DNA of 64,000 nucleotides from an uncultured Clostridium sp. (GTDB lineage Bacteria; Bacillota; Clostridia; TANB77; CAG-465): NCBI GenBank assembly GCA_947361355.1, contig CANAIR010000003.1, positions 1,467 to 65,466 of the forward strand, read 5' to 3'. Shown piece by piece: positions 61,386 to 64,000 of this stretch (position 1 is its first letter; each line of letters starts with the position of its first letter). The notes under the pieces were generated by a model. It saw only the letters and a program-made list of their open reading frames with translations, ran no database searches and was not told where the DNA came from. The position numbers and the translations under genes were made by a program.

Positions 61386-61457
61386 ATGAGTGAAACCATT
61401 ATATTACTTATTCTATTAATAATTCTTATAAGAGAACTTAATAAAAAGAATAAGTAG
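61386..61457 (+). CDS. 23-aa hydrophobic peptide, putative type I toxin (module B)
   Basis: MSETIILLILLIILIRELNKKNK. The SD is AGAGGTG. A terminator lies at 61465-61499. Confidence 0.5.
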   Translation: MSETIILLILLIILIRELNKKNK

Positions 61458-61520
61458 CTTGAAAAGTAATAGAAGCGGTAACTTCTATTACTTATTTTAT
61501 GTAGAAAAATATATTATATA

Positions 61521-61591
61521 CAAAAAAGATAAGACAGCGGTAACCATCTTATCTTGTACTATGAGTTTTAACCATTATATAACAACGTTGT
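61521..61591 (-). ncRNA. predicted convergent antitoxin-like sRNA (module B)
   Basis: Promoter as described for the module. Hairpin AAGATAAGA/TCTTATCTT (61526-55) followed by a T-run. It carries the complements of GTACT-ATGAGT and AACCATTATAT from the toxin translation initiation region. Confidence 0.5.
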
Positions 61592-61637
61592 ATTTATATT
61601 ATAACATTTTTGGTTATACTTGTCAAACTTTTTATGC

Positions 61638-61666
61638 AAAAAATGTTGTAATAAAAAATACCTAGC
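61638..61666 (+). repeat. fragment of a sixth module (toxin -10 and 5' UTR only)
   Basis: AAAAATGTTGTAATAAAAAATACCTAGC is about 80% identical to AAAAATGTTATAATAAAAACACCTACTC. It is cut off next to the tRNA fragment. Confidence 0.45.
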
Positions 61667-61686
61667 ATAAGCTAAGTATCAATAAC

Positions 61687-61737
61687 TGGTGCCCCAGAAG
61701 CGATTCGAACGCCCGACCCACGGCTTAGAAGGCACTC
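61687..61737 (-). pseudogene. 3' fragment of a tRNA-Arg(TCT) gene (anticodon loop to CCA), att-site-like remnant
   Basis: The reverse complement reads ..CTTCTAA(anticodon loop)..GGGCG-TTCGAAT-CGCTT (T arm)-CTGGGGC-A-CCA. There is no matching 5' acceptor strand or D arm upstream. Confidence 0.65.
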
Positions 61738-61983
61738 ATTTAATATAAAAGTTCTATGTAAGCATTTTCAAAGACTTATGCTATATAATAAACAAATTAA
61801 TATATATAGTCCAATCATCTTAAATTATGATAATTATATCATAATAATTGTTATTATTCAATACTTTGTATGATAATTTTTCTATACATATAAATAATAT
61901 TAATTAGTACAATTATACTTGATGTATCAGTATAAAATGTTATAATAAAAACACCTACTCGGTAAGAGAGGAGGTGAGCTAAA

Positions 61984-62058
61984 TTGACCGACACAATAAT
62001 AATTCTATTTCTTATGCTTTTAATTATAATAGAGCTAAATAAAAGAAATAGAAAATAA
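61984..62058 (+). CDS. 24-aa hydrophobic peptide, putative type I toxin (module C, TTG start)
   Basis: (M)TDTIIILFLMLLIIIELNKRNRK. GGAGG SD 9 nt upstream. Terminator at 62064-62098. Confidence 0.45.
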   Translation: MTDTIIILFLMLLIIIELNKRNRK

Positions 62059-62120
62059 CACAAAGTAGTCTAGTTACAGCTAGACTACTATTATTTTATG
62101 CAAAATATTAATATATATAC

Positions 62121-62192
62121 AAAAAATGAGAAGATAGTTACAGCTATCTTCTCGAACTAAATTGACCGATTAATTGTACAACATCTTGTTGT
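62121..62192 (-). ncRNA. predicted convergent antitoxin-like sRNA (module C)
   Basis: Hairpin GAGAAGATAG/CTATCTTCTC (62128-53) followed by T6. It carries the complement of the 13-mer CTAAATTGACCGA, which spans the toxin start codon. Confidence 0.5.
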
Positions 62193-62273
62193 ATCTATAT
62201 TATAACACTATAATTAATAGATGTCAATATTTTTTGCATATATTTTTTGTTTCACATTATTGACAAATATACA

Positions 62274-62493
62274 TTGTTTGATAATTTTTCTATACATATA
62301 AATAATATTCTAATTAGCACAATTATACTTGATATATCAGTATAAAAATGTTATAATAAAAGCACCTACTCTGGTGTACTAAATTGACCGACACAATAAT
62401 AATTCTATTTCTTATGCTTTTAATTATAATAGAGCTAAATGAAATAAATAAAAAATAACACAAAGTAGTCTAGTTACAGCTAGACTACTATTA
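62274..62493. repeat. type I TA-like module D (truncated; antitoxin half replaced by an IS200-like remnant)
   Basis: Promoter TTGATA (62329-34), 17-nt spacer, TATAAT (62352-57). The ORF and terminator are present, the SD segment is deleted, and no sRNA hairpin or promoter follows. Confidence 0.65.
62384..62458 (+). pseudogene. toxin ORF copy without a Shine-Dalgarno (module D)
   Basis: (M)TDTIIILFLMLLIIIELNEINKK. Upstream is CTACTCTGGTGTACTAAATTG, lacking the AAGAGAGGAGGTGAG segment seen in module C. Confidence 0.5.
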
Positions 62494-62945
62494 TTATTAT
62501 TTGATCTGACATCATGTCTTCTTTTAACTGATTTTTTATATAACTTTCTATTGTTTTTTTATTTTTTCTTACTGTACTACAGTAATATCCTCTAGAACAG
62601 AAGACACGATTTCCATATTTATACTTTAAATTTTCATGTCTTTCAAATTTCTGCCTCTATTATTTCCACTTTTTTTACATAATTCTCTTATTATTAATCC
62701 TATTTCCGAATTTAATTCTCCATATATTTCTTTTCTTCTAAATTTTGATGCAAACACTATATTATACTTGCATTTCCATGTTGTATGTGCTAAACTATTA
62801 GTGTCGTTTTTCATACGACCACTCCTTTCTATGATTTTTGTTTCAGGCCGTCAAACCTATTTTTATTATATCATAGTAGGAGTTTTTTTTGATACCTTTT
62901 GCAAAACTATAAGTTCTTTTTCCCCCAGTAGAACTGTGGGTTTAT
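62493..62945 (-). mobile_element. IS200/IS605-family element remnant
   Basis: Contains the tnpA pieces, an SD-sequestering stem (62821-35 / 62868-81) and an imperfect end hairpin (CCCCCAGTAGAACTGTGGG, 62922-40). The boundaries are approximate. Confidence 0.55.
62497..62814 (-). pseudogene. tnpA: IS200-like tnpA with internal deletion and frameshift
   Basis: The N-terminus SLAHTTWKCKYNIVFASKFRRKEIYGEL..IIRELC and the C-terminus KYKYGNRVFCSRGYYCSTVRKNKKTIESYIKNQLKEDMMSDQ match Y1 transposase ends. The middle, including the HUH motif, is missing. Confidence 0.7.
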
Positions 62946-62953
62946 TTTTACGC

Positions 62954-62994
62954 AAAAAATAGCAAGGTGCGAATAAATAAAGTACGCACCTTGC
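62954..62994 (-). terminator. terminator of the 145-aa gene
   Basis: GCAAGGTGCG / CGCACCTTGC stem followed by a T-run on the minus strand. Confidence 0.75.
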
Positions 62995-62999
62995 GTTTA

Positions 63000-63437
63000 T
63001 TATTTCCATGGCTTTTTGAAAGGGTTGGTATTGTATGGAACTGGTTTTTCATCTGATATTTCTTTTGCTTCTGTTGCAAAAATTTCAATATAGTATATCG
63101 GATGAAAATATGGCATTTCATTAAATAATTTGACTTTTGTTATATCAAAATCTTTTTCGAAGTAATTATATTTAGCTTTCTCAAATTCCTTTCCATATAT
63201 TTTACCTTTCATATCTTTTTTTGCATCATGCCAGCCTATAACTGAGGTGTTATTTCTTACACCATAGTTAAAACCTAAATCTAAAAGCATATTTACCATT
63301 TCAACTGGCAGAATTTTTTTATAAGGATAAATATTTGGATAAATGACTGCATGTTCAAATCCTCGATTGGCGTAATACTGAATAATTTTAGTAATTTCAT
63401 AGCACATTTCTTTAAAAGTTGATAATTTTTTCTCCAT
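63000..63437 (-). CDS. hypothetical protein (145 aa)
   Basis: AAGGAG SD. No motif recognised. Confidence 0.5.
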   Translation of the reverse strand: MEKKLSTFKEMCYEITKIIQYYANRGFEHAVIYPNIYPYKKILPVEMVNMLLDLGFNYGVRNNTSVIGWHDAKKDMKGKIYGKEFEKAKYNYFEKDFDITKVKLFNEMPYFHPIYYIEIFATEAKEISDEKPVPYNTNPFKKPWK

Positions 63438-63570
63438 AGTATTCTCCTTTTACATAATAAAAAAATATTTTTACTTTTAAAAATATAACTATAATATATT
63501 ATACCACATTTTTAGTAAAAAGTAAATATTATGTAATCTTTTTGTGAATAATCTATGATAAAATCGCCTT

Positions 63571-63756
63571 ATGAAAATAATCAGTGATTACTTCACCCTA
63601 TGCCCGCGGCAGGTGTGGTATAATAGAGGTATGAGAAATTTTATGAATAAAAAAGAATTATTAAAAAAGATTATTAGTGAAGTTTGTGTTAATGGAAATA
63701 TTACTGTTAAATTTGCTAGCCAAAGATTAGGTTTTTCAGAAATTATATTAGTATAA
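63571..63756 (+). CDS. possible truncated HTH-protein fragment
   Basis: ..ITVKFASQRLGFSE resembles an HTH. The frame runs straight into module E sequence and stops. Confidence 0.25.
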   Translation: MKIISDYFTLCPRQVWYNRGMRNFMNKKELLKKIISEVCVNGNITVKFASQRLGFSEIILV

Positions 63757-64000
63757 AAATGTTATAATAAAAGCACCTACTCTGGTGTACTAAATTGACC
63801 GATACAATAATAATTCTATTTCTAATGCTTTTAATTATAATAGAGCTAAATGAAATAAATAAAAAAATAACACAAAATAGTCTAGTTACAGCTAGACTAC
63901 TATTATTTTATGCTATTTATTAATTTATATACAAACATAAGAAGATAGTTACAGCTATCTTCCCGAACTAAATTGACCGATTTATTGTACAACATCTTGT
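63749..64000. repeat. type I TA-like module E (decayed; continues past the window end)
   Basis: The -10 TATAAT (63763-68) is retained, but the -35 and the SD segment are missing. The sRNA hairpin (63941-62) and the 13-mer (63968-80) are present. Confidence 0.65.
63795..63923 (+). pseudogene. toxin ORF copy without SD, extended by a +1 A frameshift (module E)
   Basis: Same peptide core as module D, but the A-run is A7 instead of A6, which removes the stop and extends the frame to 42 codons through the terminator hairpin. Confidence 0.5.

Larger units (their letters stand above)
61283..61626. repeat. type I TA-like module B
   Basis: On the + strand: TTGATA (61318-23), 17-nt spacer, TATAAT (61341-46). 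On the - strand: TTGACA (61621-26), 17-nt spacer, TATAAT (61598-603). Confidence 0.7.
61866..62227. repeat. type I TA-like module C
   Basis: On the + strand: TTGATG (61919-24), 16-nt spacer, TATAAT (61941-46). On the - strand: TTGACA (62222-27), 17-nt spacer, TATAAT (62199-204). Confidence 0.7.

Noticed and set aside
61459-61665. 68-aa + strand ORF from the track
   Set aside because: It runs through the module B terminators and the antisense promoter, has no SD and has AT-rich junk composition. It is explained by the TA-like module.
61854-62063. 69-aa minus-strand ORF from the track
   Set aside because: It is antisense to the module C promoter, leader and toxin ORF, with no SD. It is an artefact of AT-rich repeat sequence.
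62636-62962. 108-aa + strand ORF from the track
   Set aside because: It is antisense to the IS200-like tnpA remnant and its leader. The minus-strand reading has clear transposase similarity, and this one has none.
60885-64000. Could the repeated units be a CRISPR array or simple intergenic REP elements?
   Set aside because: The units are about 310 bp, not 25-40 bp, and are irregularly spaced. Each contains two full promoters, an SD-led ORF and two terminators. No short repeat/spacer periodicity and no cas genes are present.

Overview
This is a very AT-rich (roughly 27-30% GC by eye) chromosomal window from a spore-forming, low-GC Firmicute that looks Clostridia-like and possibly genome-reduced. 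From 1 to about 60 kb it is mostly core genes on the + strand. These cover ribosomal proteins (rplM-rpsI, rplU-rpmA), DNA repair and topology (recA-recX, recN, pcrA, topA, topB, scpA, ruvX) and chaperones (CIRCE-groES-groEL). They also include sporulation and germination genes (yunB, spoVAC/D/E, spoIIP, bofA, sleB-like, ypeB, a GH18 YaaH-like hydrolase, a coat-F-like gene), pflB/pflA, frr-cdsA-rseP, an M-box upstream of corA, pth, tdk, deoD and mrnC. Recognisable regulatory signals are a CIRCE operator, AAAC-N4-GTTT SOS-box-like palindromes at recA, recN and pcrA, an M-box riboswitch and many intrinsic terminators. The most unusual part is 60.9-64.0 kb. It holds five copies of a ~310-bp module. 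Each copy has a strong promoter, an SD-sequestering 5' hairpin, a 23-24 codon hydrophobic-peptide ORF and a convergent ~70-nt sRNA gene. Module-specific direct repeats and matching terminator loops give each sRNA complementarity to its own peptide mRNA. This is the par/Fst type I toxin-antitoxin architecture, but the peptide family looks undescribed. The array is interleaved with a tRNA-Arg(TCT) 3' fragment and an internally deleted IS200-like tnpA, and two copies look decayed. Other candidates worth a second look: a pilin-like / SIMIBI P-loop / GAF-degenerate-GGDEF trio (27.6-30.8 kb); an orphan VirD4/TraD-like coupling ATPase in core context (54.5-57.0 kb); a Thg1-like gene with a leader peptide plus terminator (3.8-4.6 kb); a degenerate HD-EAL protein; and a split TSUP transporter. 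All functional calls come from reading motifs in the supplied translations. No database search was run.
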